In this document: piece by piece, positions 56,462 to 56,871 of the stretch | Numbering within the stretch: the stretch's first letter is position 1 | Layout of the letters: each line of letters opens with the position of its first letter | From: Thermoanaerobaculia bacterium | GTDB taxonomy: Bacteria; Acidobacteriota; Thermoanaerobaculia; Multivoradales; UBA5704 | Assembly (NCBI GenBank): GCA_035607435.1 | Contig: DATMZU010000290.1 | Span: forward strand, 1-56,871 | Direction: 5' to 3' | Length of the DNA stretch: 56,871 bases | Position numbers and translations under genes: made by a program | The notes under the pieces: model-generated | What the model saw: the letters and a program-made list of their open reading frames with translations, nothing else | Databases searched by the model: none | Told to the model about the DNA's origin: nothing

Positions 56462-56871
56462 ATGGACTCCCAGGTTCGTCCCGCCGGCTCTCTTCCCTGC
56501 CCTCTCCCCTCCCTTCTGCCCTGGATATTGATCGGGCTCGCCCTCCTAGGCCCCGGCGGCACCGCCAGCGCTCAGCCGCCGCGCGATCCTCCGCGCGATT
56601 CGCCGGACTCGTTCGCCGCCCTGGTGCGCACCGACCCAAGGTTCGAGGCGCGCGAGGCGCTTCGGCCGCTTGAAGATCTCCGCAACCGCCTCGCCGCCGA
56701 CGTCCTGGACGACTGGACCGAGGTGCTCGAATTCGGCGATTGGAACGCCTACGTCGATGCCCGGAACGGTCGGATCGAAGCCGCCGAAGGCACCGGCATC
56801 CCCTGGATTCCCGGCGCCGGCAACCGGCTGGGCGACGATCTTCAAGGTCCCGGGGAGGACGGCGAGCCCAG
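56462..56871 (+). CDS. secreted metalloprotease paralogue C, 5' part (runs off the window)
   Basis: ATG 56462. My translation (MDSQVRPAG...PWILIGLALLG...FAALVRTDPRFEAREALRPL...WNAYVDARNGRIEAAEGTGIPW) is colinear with the N-termini of A and B. Not in the ORF track because no stop is reached. Confidence 0.75.
   Translation, partial: MDSQVRPAGSLPCPLPSLLPWILIGLALLGPGGTASAQPPRDPPRDSPDSFAALVRTDPRFEAREALRPLEDLRNRLAADVLDDWTEVLEFGDWNAYVDARNGRIEAAEGTGIPWIPGAGNRLGDDLQGPGEDGEP

Noticed and set aside
53316-56639. 1107-aa minus-strand ORF
   Set aside because: Exactly antisense to metalloprotease paralogue B. Arg/Gly/Pro/Ala-rich with no motifs. A typical shadow ORF of GC-rich DNA.

Overview
GC-rich bacterial chromosomal window. 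It has many GTG/TTG starts, frequent 4-nt ATGA/TTGA start-stop overlaps, and long Arg/Pro/Gly-rich antisense shadow ORFs. About 50 genes can be supported by reading the ORF translations; no search or alignment tool was available.

Gene content, left to right:
- ribF, rimO and a PhzF-family gene on the minus strand.
- A sigma-54 response regulator.
- A co-directional isoprenoid block: polyprenyl synthase, type-2 IDI, HMG-CoA reductase, mevalonate kinase, GHMP decarboxylase, isopentenyl phosphate kinase and squalene synthase. An M1 aminopeptidase follows it.
- A translationally coupled 7-gene lipid-modification cluster: DUF1295, FAD amine-oxidase-like, DUF1365, CFA synthase, DUF2878-like, DUF1475-like and a second CMAS-type methyltransferase.
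- A phased 21-bp tandem array and an orphan gene.
- A minus-strand operon: sulfite reductase, APS reductase, orphan ORF, sirC, cobA.
- A clan GH-A hydrolase, hicBA and gluQ.
- A coupled operon for a 1752-aa multi-domain multicopper oxidase, a YVTN propeller protein, two Sco1/SenC proteins and a cytochrome c/PBP fusion. A two-component system lies next to it.
- A lower-GC islet with a bipolar 21-bp repeat array, an orphan secreted protein and a Cys-rich secreted peptide.
- GH8 plus a Rieske-flavoprotein fusion.
- Three tandem paralogues of a secreted thermolysin-like metalloprotease, one of them frameshifted, interrupted by a GAF-GAF-GGDEF cyclase.

No rRNA, tRNA, CRISPR array, transposase or integrase was recognised.

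Most unusual signals:
1. At 43.36-43.95 kb, the 21-bp repeats reverse polarity. A 54-bp inverted repeat pair (50/54 identical) brackets a 159-bp segment that encodes two alternative C-terminal tails on opposite strands, an inverton/shufflon-like layout with no recombinase in view.
2. The giant multicopper-oxidase operon.
3. A mevalonate block with isopentenyl phosphate kinase but no phosphomevalonate kinase in the window.
4. REP-like paired hairpins carrying compensatory substitutions.
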